Shown here: positions 42,019-52,103 of the stretch, piece after piece
Numbering within the stretch: the stretch's first letter is position 1
Layout: every line of letters begins with the position of its first letter
Assembly (NCBI GenBank): GCA_038841535.1
Contig: JAWBTQ010000001.1
Coordinates: 128,001 to 192,000, forward strand
Origin: Sulfolobales archaeon
GTDB lineage: Archaea > Thermoproteota > Thermoprotei_A > Sulfolobales > NBVN01
Length of the DNA: 64,000 nucleotides
Direction of reading: 5' to 3'
The notes under the pieces: model-generated
The model's database searches: none
Told to the model about the DNA's origin: nothing
The model's input: only the letters and a program-made list of their open reading frames with translations
Position numbers and translations under genes: made by a program

Positions 42019-42673
42019 TTACATCTATGACCCACTTCTTCTTTATGCTGTCAAAGTAGGCGAGCCCCGAGCTCATCAAAGCTTTCAGCAGCTTTAGGTC
42101 CTCCTTGCTAAGCTCTTTACTTAAAGCTTCGTCAGAGCCTACAGTAACTTTCTCGACTTTCTCAACGAACTTACTGAAGTATTCTGGGTCAACAGCTACT
42201 CTCTCCTTCGCTAGCTCGATAACGACTGCACCACTCCTCCGCAACTTCTCAAAGAAGGCGTCTCTGTTTTTAATCTTACTAGCTATATCTGATTCAAACA
42301 TCATCCTCTGCTCTCTTAAAATGTCCATCGCCGACTTCCTGGTTTCACGCTTCTCCTCGGCTTTAGCTTGCTGAGATACGCGAGGTAAGTTCTTAATCTG
42401 GTCTTCTAAGTTCTGGACTCTAGCCGATAGGTCTTCTAGTACTTCGAGTAAGTGAGATATCTTTCTGTTTATTTCATCTATCTTCCCACTATAAGCGTTA
42501 ATCACGTCAATTACCGACTTAAGACTTTTGTCTTCAGCCTTATGTGGCTTTCCGGAAGATAGGGCGTTAGTGATTATCGTCAGGAGAGCGTCTTCAATCG
42601 GTAAGTCGGGATACATTTTACTTAAAGCCTCGACTTGCTCGGAGCTTAAGTTTAAAGCTATCTTAGGCATCAC
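42011..42673 (-). CDS. Coiled-coil protein with possible ribbon-helix-helix N-terminus
   Basis: PKIALNLSSEQVEAL, central coiled coil, C-terminal SGLAYFD..KW. Confidence 0.72.
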   Translation of the reverse strand: MMPKIALNLSSEQVEALSKMYPDLPIEDALLTIITNALSSGKPHKAEDKSLKSVIDVINAYSGKIDEINRKISHLLEVLEDLSARVQNLEDQIKNLPRVSQQAKAEEKRETRKSAMDILREQRMMFESDIASKIKNRDAFFEKLRRSGAVVIELAKERVAVDPEYFSKFVEKVEKVTVGSDEALSKELSKEDLKLLKALMSSGLAYFDSIKKKWVIDVNA

Positions 42674-42818
42674 TACCTTGTTTATGTGTGCTTTGTCAGT
42701 AATATATACTCAAGACCTCCACTCTCTAGAGCGAGGCCTCTACCACCCTATACTAGAGCCTTAGAGGTAATTCGAGGAGTAGATATAATTGCTGCTAGTG
42801 CTCTATCTCAGTGAGAAG

Positions 42819-43607
42819 ATGCTAGGCTACGACCCGGTTGAAGTGTCTAAGTCTGTCGAGCCCAAAGTATATGTAGAGAAAGCGGGTGCGAGTTACAGGA
42901 AGTATTTCAGGTTTAGAGTCGATAGATGGTACGGAGGTATCGTAACAGGCGACGTAGTCGGCTGCAACATGAGGTGCAGGTTCTGTTGGGCATGGTATTT
43001 CACATGGGGGGGTGTTAGTAGGGGAGATTTCTATACAGCAGACGAAGTTGCTAAAAAGCTGGTTAGCTTATCTGAGAGATCTGGATACCGGCGGGCTAGG
43101 TTAAGTGGGGGAGAGCCTACCATAGGGTTTAAACACCTTCTTGAAGTCGTAAGTCGAGTAACATCAAGTGGCTTGTGCTTCGTTCTTGAAACCAACGGCA
43201 TCCTTCTTGGCTCGTATAGGGAGTACAGCGAGTTAATGGGGAAGTTTAAGGGGAGTGGGTTAGAGGTTCGAGTGTCTATTAAGGGTACTTCCCCAGAGGA
43301 ATTTTACGAGTTAACAGGTGCGGAGCCGAGGTTTTGGTATATTCAGGTTGAGGCTCTTAAGAACCTAGTTGAGGTTGGACTAGAACCCGCGAGAGAGGTT
43401 TACCCAGCAGTTATGCTGAGCTTAAGTGGTGAGGAAGGTTTGAAGAGGTTCTCTAACGCTCTTCAGCTAATACATCCTGGACTTTCAGAAATCATTGACG
43501 AGGAGTATATAATCCTCTATAAACACGTTAAGGAACTCATGAAGAAGACTGGCTTAAGACCTAAGTACGTAGTTCTGCCAGATAGGATCCCAAGTGAGAT
43601 GATCTAG
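42819..43607 (+). CDS. Radical SAM protein
   Basis: CNMRCRFC, LSGGEP, LETNG. Confidence 0.9.
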   Translation: MLGYDPVEVSKSVEPKVYVEKAGASYRKYFRFRVDRWYGGIVTGDVVGCNMRCRFCWAWYFTWGGVSRGDFYTADEVAKKLVSLSERSGYRRARLSGGEPTIGFKHLLEVVSRVTSSGLCFVLETNGILLGSYREYSELMGKFKGSGLEVRVSIKGTSPEEFYELTGAEPRFWYIQVEALKNLVEVGLEPAREVYPAVMLSLSGEEGLKRFSNALQLIHPGLSEIIDEEYIILYKHVKELMKKTGLRPKYVVLPDRIPSEMI

Positions 43608-45010
43608 GGTAAGATAGACCTCTCTATCGACTGTGGTTCAACACCACGAGCACTTAAGGACCTCAACAGCAGGCTTAGTACGGAGTCAACTAAGGATTTA
43701 AGTCCTTCTAAGTCCATAGCTTCAGCGTATAGCCTTATCTTCGGTTCAGTACCAGACGGTCTAATGAGGATCCACGAGGAATCCTCGAAGTCTATTCTAA
43801 GACCATCGATCTCTGTGATTTCGGCTTTCTCTGAGTGGCGGCTCTTCATTGCCTCAGCTACCTCCCAATAGATGTCTGTCTTGAGGTTTTCTGGGACTAC
43901 TATAGAGACCCTAGCTTGTGGGAAGTCGGGTATGTAGTTCAAGATCTGCTCCATGCTCTTTCCTTCCTCCATCATTAGCTTAGTTAAGTAAGCTGCTTGA
44001 TACACTCCGTCTATCCAGAGACCCCATCTAGGGTCTATGACCTTCCATGGCTCAGCAGCTAGAACGGTATTACCGTATTTTAGGAAGCCCTCATGCGTCT
44101 TTCCAAGCTTATAGAGAACTAGCTTACCTCCAGAATTCTCCACTACTCTTCTTACGGCATTACCGCAGTCTACGGAAGCCACTACTACTCCTTTTCTCTC
44201 CGATAAAATTCGGTGAGCAAATAGAGCTATTACCCGGTCTTGCTTAATGAAGCCACGGCTGGGGGTTACTACAGATAGCCTATCTCCATCTCCATCAAAA
44301 GCAAATAATGCGTCACATCCTACCGCAGATAAAACAGGGAACAAAGGCTCCAGTACGTCGGGTCTTGGCTCTGGATACCTACTAGGAAACCTTCCATCAA
44401 TGTTTCCGTTAATAACGAGTGTAGATGCCCCGATATCAGTTAAGACTTTGGGGGCAACTAAGACCGTGGGTCCGTTAGCTGTGTCTAAGACTACCCTAGG
44501 CTTATACTTAACGTACGGCACGCTCAGCAAGGACTCTAACTCGTTTATATAATCTTCTATGGGACTAAAGTTGGAATACGAACCTACTTCACTCCACGTA
44601 GCGTAACCTGCTCTATCTAACGCCTCCTCAATGCCTACCTCATCTATTGTAGTTACTTCAACTCCGCCCTTCTTGAACACCTTGAACCCGTTGTACTGCG
44701 GTGGATTGTGGGATGCTGTGACGTAGATACCTCCACCCAGGTTAAACCTCTTTATTGACCACGCGAGTACCCCTATCGGAGTTAGACCTAAATCTACTAC
44801 GGAAGCCCCCGAAGAAATTAGGCTAGATATTAGAGCAAAACTTAAAGCTTTAGACGAAGTCCTAGCATCGTGACCAACACTAAAGGGAGACCTATTAAAG
44901 TACTGAGCTATAGCCCTTCCTACTCTAACCATTAGCTCAGGATTCATTCTTTCCGGAAACACTCCTCTAACTCCTGAAGTACCGAATAGCTTGGGCAATA
45001 GTAGCACCAC
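43604..45010 (-). CDS. Phosphohexomutase-family enzyme, probably archaeal phosphopentomutase type
   Basis: FGTSGVRG, TASHNP, DGDGDR; sugar loop AAEPWK..P.WG.WID as recalled for the Thermococcus phosphopentomutase TK1777. Confidence 0.85.
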   Translation of the reverse strand: MVLLLPKLFGTSGVRGVFPERMNPELMVRVGRAIAQYFNRSPFSVGHDARTSSKALSFALISSLISSGASVVDLGLTPIGVLAWSIKRFNLGGGIYVTASHNPPQYNGFKVFKKGGVEVTTIDEVGIEEALDRAGYATWSEVGSYSNFSPIEDYINELESLLSVPYVKYKPRVVLDTANGPTVLVAPKVLTDIGASTLVINGNIDGRFPSRYPEPRPDVLEPLFPVLSAVGCDALFAFDGDGDRLSVVTPSRGFIKQDRVIALFAHRILSERKGVVVASVDCGNAVRRVVENSGGKLVLYKLGKTHEGFLKYGNTVLAAEPWKVIDPRWGLWIDGVYQAAYLTKLMMEEGKSMEQILNYIPDFPQARVSIVVPENLKTDIYWEVAEAMKSRHSEKAEITEIDGLRIDFEDSSWILIRPSGTEPKIRLYAEAMDLEGLKSLVDSVLSLLLRSLSARGVEPQSIERSILP

Positions 45011-45239
45011 AAAGACTGAGGTTCAGCTCTTATATCAGTTTATAGAGGTTGCTCCTATAGCTCTTCTCTTCCCGCACCTAACCAGAGTCTCCGTTTACTA
45101 CAATGAGTACGAGACATTTCCTAACGCACTACATCTTGAATACTTAGTTGATCCACGGTTACGACCACATTATTAGCCTCGACAAGATCTCACGACATCA
45201 CCAATGAGCTCTAGTCGGCACGCTACTACATTATCTAAG

Positions 45240-45760
45240 CGCAAGAATTATATGAAGAGAAGCTTCTCGTAATAGCGACACATGAAAGATAAATCAAGTA
45301 GCACAGACCTATCCTAAAGAGGCTTACTCTGTGAACAGACAAGTATGACTATAGACTTGGGATAGCCGAGTTAGCCAAAGAACATGACTCTCCCGTATTT
45401 CTCGAAGACCTGAACATGCTTAGGGGCAGAGCTGACTGAAACAGCGTATTCGACAAGAAACTGTCCTTATGGTTCTACAGGAGGATACCGTTTGCTACAA
45501 GTTACAAAGCTCTATAGAGAGGGCTTAAGGTTAAATATATTAATCCGTGGAAAACTTCATCTTCTTGCTCGAGGTGCGGAAGCAAGCTACTAGACGGCGG
45601 AATCAGGGCGACGTACTGCGATAAATGCGGATTCGTAGGGAATAGAGACTTGGTCGCATGCGTAAACCTGTTCCTCAGGTACGCAAGATGTTGGGTGCTC
45701 GGGGACACTCTGAATGCCCCCAAACACGATGAAAACCCGAGCGGAATGCGGGAAAAATGA
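45240..45760 (+). pseudogene. tnpB: TnpB (RNA-guided nuclease) pseudogene, C-terminal half
   Basis: Frame from 45362: IAELAKEHDSPVFLEDL..*..LSLWFYRRI..YKAL*RGLKVKYINPWKTSSSCSRCG...CDKCGFVGNRDLVACVNL. This gives RuvC-II E, Zn ribbon and RuvC-III D, with two in-frame stops; the 5' part is decayed. Confidence 0.9.
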
Positions 45761-45832
45761 GGTGATGATACCACCTGATATAAACCAGCACCAGAGCTAG
45801 ACCATCGTCCATCAGGGCAGGTAGGAGATCAG
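45684..45832 (+). mobile_element. tnpB 3'-end/omegaRNA region (copy 2 of 3) with IS200/IS605-like right end
   Basis: Overlaps the tnpB tail; ends CGTCCATCAGGGCAGGTAGGAGATCAG, a degenerate GCCC..AGGGC..GGAG.TCAG right-end pattern. Confidence 0.65.
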
Positions 45833-45892
45833 ATACGCTGATTACTGGCACTGAAATGGAGTTGCTGTAGATCCGCACTCATAAGTAGGTCA

Positions 45893-46435
45893 CTAACCGC
45901 CAGGGACTCTTGCGAGTTCATGTGGTTTAAGTACTGAAACGGTTGCTACCCTCGCTAAACCTATTTTGATCACTCTAACGTATACGACCCACTCGGGGTT
46001 CTCTAGGTTCACTGGTCTATCGACTTCGCTGGCTATCTCTCTTACGGCCGTGTCAGTACTTAACTCGATGGAGTAGTCTCCCCTTATTTCCTCTAAGTGT
46101 CCTTGGAGAGTTACTCTGAAGGTTTCACCTTGAGGTATTCTACCTACGAGTTTCCTTACTGCTTCTCTCACAGATGCGATATCTGCTCTAACAACGTAAT
46201 CAACCGGTATAGCTTTTATTATTGGTACTCCTGCTTCGCGAGAACCCCCTCTAATGGTTTCAGCACATAAGTGGGGATCATCTAAGCACTTGTACAACAC
46301 TACCGATTGATACGAGTAAGCATAAATGACTTTACTCCCAAGAAGCTGCTTAACGTAGTTTCTTACTCTCTCATAGTTCTCGATCCCCGGTTCGTGAACC
46401 ACTATGAGATTGAAGTCGGGAACACTCAACCTCAT
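45893..46435 (-). CDS. THUMP domain protein
   Basis: KAIPVD, TFRVTL, IASEVDRPVNLENPEWVV. Confidence 0.88.
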   Translation of the reverse strand: MRLSVPDFNLIVVHEPGIENYERVRNYVKQLLGSKVIYAYSYQSVVLYKCLDDPHLCAETIRGGSREAGVPIIKAIPVDYVVRADIASVREAVRKLVGRIPQGETFRVTLQGHLEEIRGDYSIELSTDTAVREIASEVDRPVNLENPEWVVYVRVIKIGLARVATVSVLKPHELARVPGG

Positions 46436-46511
46436 ACGTACCTCTCTGTATTACGTGGTTACTACTTTTTAAAAACGCTCTACTACCTAGAGTTAAGTCG
46501 AGGCGAGGGCC

Positions 46512-47183
46512 GTGGGGTTACCCGAGCTAAAGGACTTCAAGAGAGAGTGGTCAGGTAAAGAAAAAACAGTTGGCGATGTATTCAAGAAGCTATTCAGTAG
46601 AGAGAGACCCATAAGGTATAGACTCGCAAGTGCGAGATACAGGATAAACTCTATGGTGAGAAAGCTCGAAGTATATGGTGAAAAACTGAGGTCTAGAGAC
46701 CAAGACCTATTCAACAAAGTAGTAGATGCTCTAATGGTTAAAGACCAGATAAGGGCGACTATGTTCGCCAACGAGGTAGCTGAGATTAGGAAGATAGCTA
46801 AAGCGGTATTCCTGACTCAGGTGGCCTTAGAGCAGATATCTCTAAGGCTGGAGTCTATACAAGAACTTGGAGACATAGCGATCAACTTAGCTCCCGTAGT
46901 AGAACTCATTAAGGACCTTAGAGTGGCGATAAAGGATGTCTTACCCGAAATCGGGATAGAGCTAGGTGAAGTACACGACATATTAAACGAGACTATGATT
47001 GAGATAGGTGAAGTAGTTGGAATTCCAGGCTCTGGAATAGCTGCATCAGCTGAAGCAAAGAAGATACTCGAAGAAGCCAAAGTAGTCGCCGAACAGAGAA
47101 TGAAGGAGATGTTCCCAACACTCCCGTCCCCAATTACTACTATACCGCAGACGCAGTCTGCTCCCGCTGAGCAGGGTCACTGA
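46512..47183 (+). CDS. ESCRT-III/Snf7 family cell-division protein (CdvB1/B2-like paralog)
   Basis: RDQDLF, ATMFANEVAEIRK, ALEQISLRLE, EAKKILEEAK.VAEQRMKE.FP; no C-terminal wH domain. Confidence 0.9.
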   Translation: MGLPELKDFKREWSGKEKTVGDVFKKLFSRERPIRYRLASARYRINSMVRKLEVYGEKLRSRDQDLFNKVVDALMVKDQIRATMFANEVAEIRKIAKAVFLTQVALEQISLRLESIQELGDIAINLAPVVELIKDLRVAIKDVLPEIGIELGEVHDILNETMIEIGEVVGIPGSGIAASAEAKKILEEAKVVAEQRMKEMFPTLPSPITTIPQTQSAPAEQGH

Positions 47184-47357
47184 TCTCTTCATCACTAATT
47201 TTTAAGCATGCTACTTTGTTTCAAGATCAAACATACTGTTTTGTTTTAATTACATAGAAGTTAAATAGCTGACTACGCACAGAACCTCTATAAGACGTAC
47301 CAAATTTATGAGGAAGACTCAACACACTAACGCGACAACCAAGTCTAAAAACCTCCA

Positions 47358-48746
47358 TTATTGAGAGTACCCGATCATGGCCTCGACTTCAAGCTCCCGT
47401 ATTTTCTTCATGTATTCGCCGTAGTACTCCCTAAAGAAGTCATTGGCGGCGTCCGGGAAGAGGCAATAAGTCACTATGTTCTCGTCCGTGAGTGGTATAT
47501 CCATCTTCTTTACTTCTTCGTAGCACTTATCGAGCTCTGGTTCTAGGATGTCCGCCGGTCTCACCTCAATCTCCTTTATGTTTTTAAGCACCCTCTCTTT
47601 TATCTCGGGATTGATTTTACCTGGAGGTCTCCCGTAGTAACCGGCGACATACTCCATGACTTCTCTTGCTATCACTTTGTACCTCCCGAGTAGGACGTTT
47701 AGAACTGCTTGAGTTCCCACTATTTGGGACAGGGGAGTAACTAGGGGCGGCCACCCTAGATCCTCCCTAGTTTTAGGTACTTCAACTAGAACCTCCCTCA
47801 ACCTATGCTCAGCTTTTAAGTCCTTTAGCTGAGCTATTAGGTTAGTTACCATACCACCGGGGATTTGGTGTATTAGCACGTTGTGATCTGGCATCAGTGC
47901 CTTAAATGTGAGTAGCTTTGAGTACTTCTGAGTGATTAAATTTTCTAAGTACTCCGAAATCTCACTTATGACACTAAGATCTACTTTCGGCCGTAAGTCT
48001 TCCCTCAGCGAGAAATAGACGGACTGAATGCCTGGTTGTGCTGTGCCAAAAGCTAGCGGACTTATAGCTGTATCTATGAAGTCCGCCCCGGCTTCAACGG
48101 ATTTTACGTATGTAGCAACAGCCATCCCACTCGTTGTGTGAGTATGGACGTTTACTGGTATTTTAAACCGCGACCTTAGCTCACTAACTAGAGTATATGC
48201 TGTATAAGGGTCTAGTATTCCCGCCATATCCTTTATAGTGATCACGTCAACTTCCAGAGCTACTAGCTCTTCGGCGTACTTCATGTAGTAGTCTATAGTG
48301 TGTATCGGGCTTATCGTATAGCATATAGCCCCCTGCACTATAGCACCAACGGACTTAGCCTTCTTAACACTAGTAATCAGATTGCGGGAGTCGTTCAGGG
48401 CGTCGAATACGCGGAATATATCTATGCCGTTCTCGTAGGCGAGTTCAACGAACTTAATTACGACGTCGTCGGGGTAATGCCGGTAGCCAACTAGGTTCTG
48501 ACCTCTAAGAAGCATCTGTAGCTTTGTCTTTTTAACATTCTCGCGAATCGTCCTTAGCCTTTCCCAAGGGTCTTCCCTAAGGTATCTAACGGTTACGTCG
48601 AATGTGGCACCTCCCCAGACCTCGAGACTGAAGAAGCCGGCTCTATCTATTTTTTCTAGTATGGGAACCATGTCTTCTGTTTTAAACCTTGTCGCAAGTA
48701 GTGATTGATGCGCGTCCCGTAGTGTCGTATCTATTATCGTAACCAT
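47358..48746 (-). CDS. Pyruvate/oxaloacetate carboxyltransferase (OadA/PycB/5S-like) without biotinyl domain
   Basis: DTTLRDAHQSLLATR, EVWGGATFD, LRGQN, KDMAG, HTH, IPGGM, LVTPLSQIVG; no EAMKM motif. Confidence 0.9.
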   Translation of the reverse strand: MVTIIDTTLRDAHQSLLATRFKTEDMVPILEKIDRAGFFSLEVWGGATFDVTVRYLREDPWERLRTIRENVKKTKLQMLLRGQNLVGYRHYPDDVVIKFVELAYENGIDIFRVFDALNDSRNLITSVKKAKSVGAIVQGAICYTISPIHTIDYYMKYAEELVALEVDVITIKDMAGILDPYTAYTLVSELRSRFKIPVNVHTHTTSGMAVATYVKSVEAGADFIDTAISPLAFGTAQPGIQSVYFSLREDLRPKVDLSVISEISEYLENLITQKYSKLLTFKALMPDHNVLIHQIPGGMVTNLIAQLKDLKAEHRLREVLVEVPKTREDLGWPPLVTPLSQIVGTQAVLNVLLGRYKVIAREVMEYVAGYYGRPPGKINPEIKERVLKNIKEIEVRPADILEPELDKCYEEVKKMDIPLTDENIVTYCLFPDAANDFFREYYGEYMKKIRELEVEAMIGYSQ

Positions 48747-48837
48747 GCTTCCCTAGCATTTATTGCTTGTTGTAAAATAAGCCCGTCGCATTTTGTGAAT
48801 TTTTATGCTGTAAAGACCCTAGATACAAGGTGTGCTC

Positions 48838-49155
48838 ATGGGCAGGAGAAAAAAGAGGAGGAAAGTAGTAAAAATTGTTAGAAGACTGCCAAAGCTGTTT
48901 CAGTGTCCTGCGTGTGGGCAGGTAACTCTAACTGTCGGTATGGATGAAATCGAGACGGATACCGGACTAGCTAAAATCGCTCAAATAGTTTGTAATAATC
49001 CCTCATGTTGCTTAAAGACAGAGCTCTCTGGTTTACCTATGATATTTGAACCAGTAGATGCGTATCACAGGTTCCTAGACCTCTATAATGCTGGTGAAAT
49101 AGGTGTTAGATTTGAGTGTCTCTCTGAGAGCGAGGAGAGAAGACAGAGTGAGTAA
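48838..49155 (+). CDS. elf1: Transcription elongation factor Elf1-like Zn ribbon
   Basis: MGRRKKRR, FQCPACG, C..C, EPVDAY..F.D. Confidence 0.85.
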   Translation: MGRRKKRRKVVKIVRRLPKLFQCPACGQVTLTVGMDEIETDTGLAKIAQIVCNNPSCCLKTELSGLPMIFEPVDAYHRFLDLYNAGEIGVRFECLSESEERRQSE

Positions 49156-49894
49156 GTATATTAGAGATAGAGTTAGAGAAGGTCGGACACTTCACTTTAC
49201 GCTAATAGATCCAGCAAAACTGCCGGACTTGAGCTCTGCTGAGAAGATAGGTGGCTCACTAGTTGCTGCTGGAACAGACTGCTTTATGATAGGTGGCTCA
49301 CTCGGCGTCTCTGAGAGAGATGTAGACGAAATAGCGATCAAACTAAGGAATTTCGGTATTCCTTTAATCGCCTTTCCCGGAAACATTAGTGGGCTCTCGA
49401 GGTACGTCGATGCCGTTCTCTTTATGTCCCTACTGAACTCCGAAGATCCTTACTACATAGTGGGAGCTCAAGTGGCTGGTGCTGTTGTAGTTGCTAGGTA
49501 CGGTATCGAGGCTCTACCAACAGGTTATATTGTTGTTGGACACGGTGGAACTGCTGGCTACGTAGGTAGGGCTAGACCCATACCCTACGAAAAGCACGAA
49601 ATAGTGGTTGCTTACGCACTAGCAGCTTATATGCTTGGAATGAACTATATCTACCTCGAAGCTGGCTCTGGGGCACCTCAGCCTGTTTCGCGAGAATCAG
49701 TTAAACTTGTTAAGACAGTAGTACCCGATGCTATCCTCATCGTAGGTGGTGGTATAAGAGACCCGGATACAGCTGTCAGACTAGCCCAAGCAGGTGCTGA
49801 TGTGATTGTGACTGGCAACATAGTTGAGGACAGCCTCGAGAAGGCAATCAGCATAGTTAAAGCAATTAAGAGTGTTAGAAAAAGCTCTTCTTAG
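49148..49894 (+). CDS. Geranylgeranylglyceryl phosphate synthase
   Basis: HFTLIDP, IGGS, FPGN, LFMSLLNS, YLEAGSGA, VGGGIR. Confidence 0.94.
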   Translation: MSKYIRDRVREGRTLHFTLIDPAKLPDLSSAEKIGGSLVAAGTDCFMIGGSLGVSERDVDEIAIKLRNFGIPLIAFPGNISGLSRYVDAVLFMSLLNSEDPYYIVGAQVAGAVVVARYGIEALPTGYIVVGHGGTAGYVGRARPIPYEKHEIVVAYALAAYMLGMNYIYLEAGSGAPQPVSRESVKLVKTVVPDAILIVGGGIRDPDTAVRLAQAGADVIVTGNIVEDSLEKAISIVKAIKSVRKSSS

Positions 49895-49925
49895 TTACAC
49901 TGCCCGACGACGCTGTATTCACAAG

Positions 49926-51002
49926 TCAAACAGATATAGAGATGCTTGCTTTAACGGCGGTACCTATTCCAAGTGTGATAACCTCGGTCCCTATTAGTAC
50001 GTAGCTATCTTTAGATATTCCGCTAAGTTTTATTTCTCCAGAGTATTCGATCGCTAACTGCCCGGGTTGAGAGAGGTATAGAACCTCTCTCGAGAGCCAC
50101 GGCTCGTGGTCTACTGCCGGTGGCTGGTATATTGCTGCAGGTAGTTGGAGTCCTGTTTTTCCTGGGATTACGTAGTATACAACTAGTATCCTAGGATAGT
50201 ACTGTGTTATAGAGGTATTACTAATTTCAACACGCACACTCACCTTGACCTCAGAGTCGCTGCCTTTAACTACCCTTAATACCTGAGTTAAAGCTACTGG
50301 ATTCTGACTAACTCCAGTAACGAGTATGGCTTGATTAGGGTAAACTACAAGGTATTCCCCGTCGACTCTCCAATGATTCCCGGTCTGAATACTGTATGTT
50401 AAACCCGTGAAATAGAATACTGCGTTACCCTGGAATAGGGGTCTATACCCGGTATCTGCGTAGGTAGGTGGCTGGCTCATAGCCGTTCTCGCGTGTATAG
50501 GACCGTACGCTAGGTACTCGGCGTAATTCAGCACATGCGCTATAGATAGCTTGTAACCTACGTTTTCTAAAACTATCTTGCCCGAGTCTAGCTCCCCGAG
50601 GCTCTGAAGTGGGATTACTAGAAACTTACCACCCTCTAAGATCAACAGTAGTGAGTCCCCGCCACTAGCTGACGTAGAAAACACTATCTCTTCTTCGACT
50701 AAACCACCTCCATAACCCTCAACTATAGTGCCATTTCTGGTCAAGTACGCAGCTAGTATCTTAATGGGTAAGCTAGTTACTAGCTTAATAGAGCCGTTGG
50801 ATAGCCTTAAGGCATGGATCTCCGCAGAGCTCGCTCTACTTATAGCTCCAGCTACGTCTACGAGGTATCTACTACTGTTCGAGATGCTGTATAGCACGGC
50901 AGCTACTACCTGAGAAAGCGCTAATAGAGCTATTATCGAAGCTGCTAGAGTAGATACGGACCCTCGAGTAAGGAGTTTGTGCTTTTTACATACTAAGTTC
51001 AA
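49926..51002 (-). CDS. Membrane-anchored/secreted protein with class III (pilin-like) signal peptide candidate
   Basis: Basic N-terminus KKHKLLTRG|SVST followed by a hydrophobic helix; start uncertain. Confidence 0.65.
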   Translation of the reverse strand: MNLVCKKHKLLTRGSVSTLAASIIALLALSQVVAAVLYSISNSSRYLVDVAGAISRASSAEIHALRLSNGSIKLVTSLPIKILAAYLTRNGTIVEGYGGGLVEEEIVFSTSASGGDSLLLILEGGKFLVIPLQSLGELDSGKIVLENVGYKLSIAHVLNYAEYLAYGPIHARTAMSQPPTYADTGYRPLFQGNAVFYFTGLTYSIQTGNHWRVDGEYLVVYPNQAILVTGVSQNPVALTQVLRVVKGSDSEVKVSVRVEISNTSITQYYPRILVVYYVIPGKTGLQLPAAIYQPPAVDHEPWLSREVLYLSQPGQLAIEYSGEIKLSGISKDSYVLIGTEVITLGIGTAVKASISISV

Positions 51003-51141
51003 CAGACGAACATGGTAGCACTTAACTGCTTCAAGCACTCTACCCACCAACTGAAAGAAAACCTAATAAAAAGCTCTCCACTTGTCGTGTGTAATCTGCC
51101 TGAGAAAAATACATAAAAAGCAGTTATTGCTATAAACCTTG

Positions 51142-51220
51142 GCGGCGGTCGTCTAGCCTGGTCTAGGACGCCGGCCTCCCAAGCCGGCGATCCCGGGTTC
51201 AAATCCCGGCCGCCGCACCA
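51142..51220 (+). tRNA. tRNA-Gly(CCC) with encoded CCA
   Basis: Acceptor stem GCGGCGG/CCGCCGC, CCGGC-CTCCCAA-GCCGG, TTCAAATC, ACCA. Confidence 0.96.
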
Positions 51221-51852
51221 CTCCCAAGGGATCTGATTACTTATAAGGCCATCGTTTCATGACCCTCCCCCAAATTCATAAAACGTTTTTATGTAGAGCA
51301 GTGACTATTTGCGAGCTAATCATGTAGTTTATGGACTAGAGTTCCTAAGCTATACCGAGGCTGGGGCGGACGTGTGCGGAATAAGGAGGTTGAAGCTGAA
51401 CTGAAGGTTTTCACTGCGTGGGATCAGACCTGGTATTGGAGGCATCACCGAACAATTCGGCCAGGTCACCAGTCGAGGTAGCTAAAAGCAGCAGATCCCT
51501 TGTTGGACACAGCACTAAAGCTGCGTAACAAGCATATAAACCGTGACCAAAAAGGAGAGCTTGAAGAAACTAGATCTCCGCATTTCCCGGCTCTAAATTT
51601 AGTTATGCTAACTACCTAGCTGAAAGTGTTCAACCTTCCATCTACTATAACCAGACCTTCTTGCGGAGCTCGGAATTCTATGAATTTAGAACCTAAGATC
51701 GTTGATGCCTAGCAAAACTGCTTTCTGGTTCTCATACTAGTTCACGTAGGTTGGTGCTCAGTAGATGGCTTACAAGCTCCCTCCACATTACCTGGTCTTG
51801 AGCGAAAAATTCTAGAGCCTCAATCCGAGTGGGAGTCCTCCCAAAAGAAACC

Positions 51853-51950
51853 CAAGACGTAGGGTGCGTGGGATCGCCTCGAATCCCCCAAGCACGCTGA
51901 AGACCCGCGACAAAATAGTACAAAGTGATACAAGAACTAAACCCGTATAC
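51853..51950 (+). mobile_element. tnpB 3'-end/omegaRNA remnant (copy 3 of 3, internally shortened)
   Basis: CAAGACGTAGGGTGC..GAATCCCCCAAGCACGCTGAAGACCCG aligns with CAAGATGTTGGGTGC..GAATGCCCCCAAACACGATGAAAACCCG at 45684. Confidence 0.7.
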
Positions 51951-52103
51951 CACTCCCTTAAAGATACTTCCAAATGCTAACCTTGACTGAAGGCAGAGGG
52001 TTGATAATACGAAAGCCTGAAGCATGCTTAGTAAATCTCTGCTGAGGTGAAGTTTGGGTGATATGGTAAGGAAAAAGTTGTTGGAGAATACTTTCGAGAG
52101 TTC

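Noticed and set aside
48256-48268. 12-nt match to the putative guide of the 479-732 element inside the carboxyltransferase gene
   Set aside because: Short, no adjacent TTGAC, and CTAG/AGCT words are very frequent in this sequence
50999-51202. 67-aa minus-strand ORF
   Set aside because: Antisense shadow of tRNA-Gly
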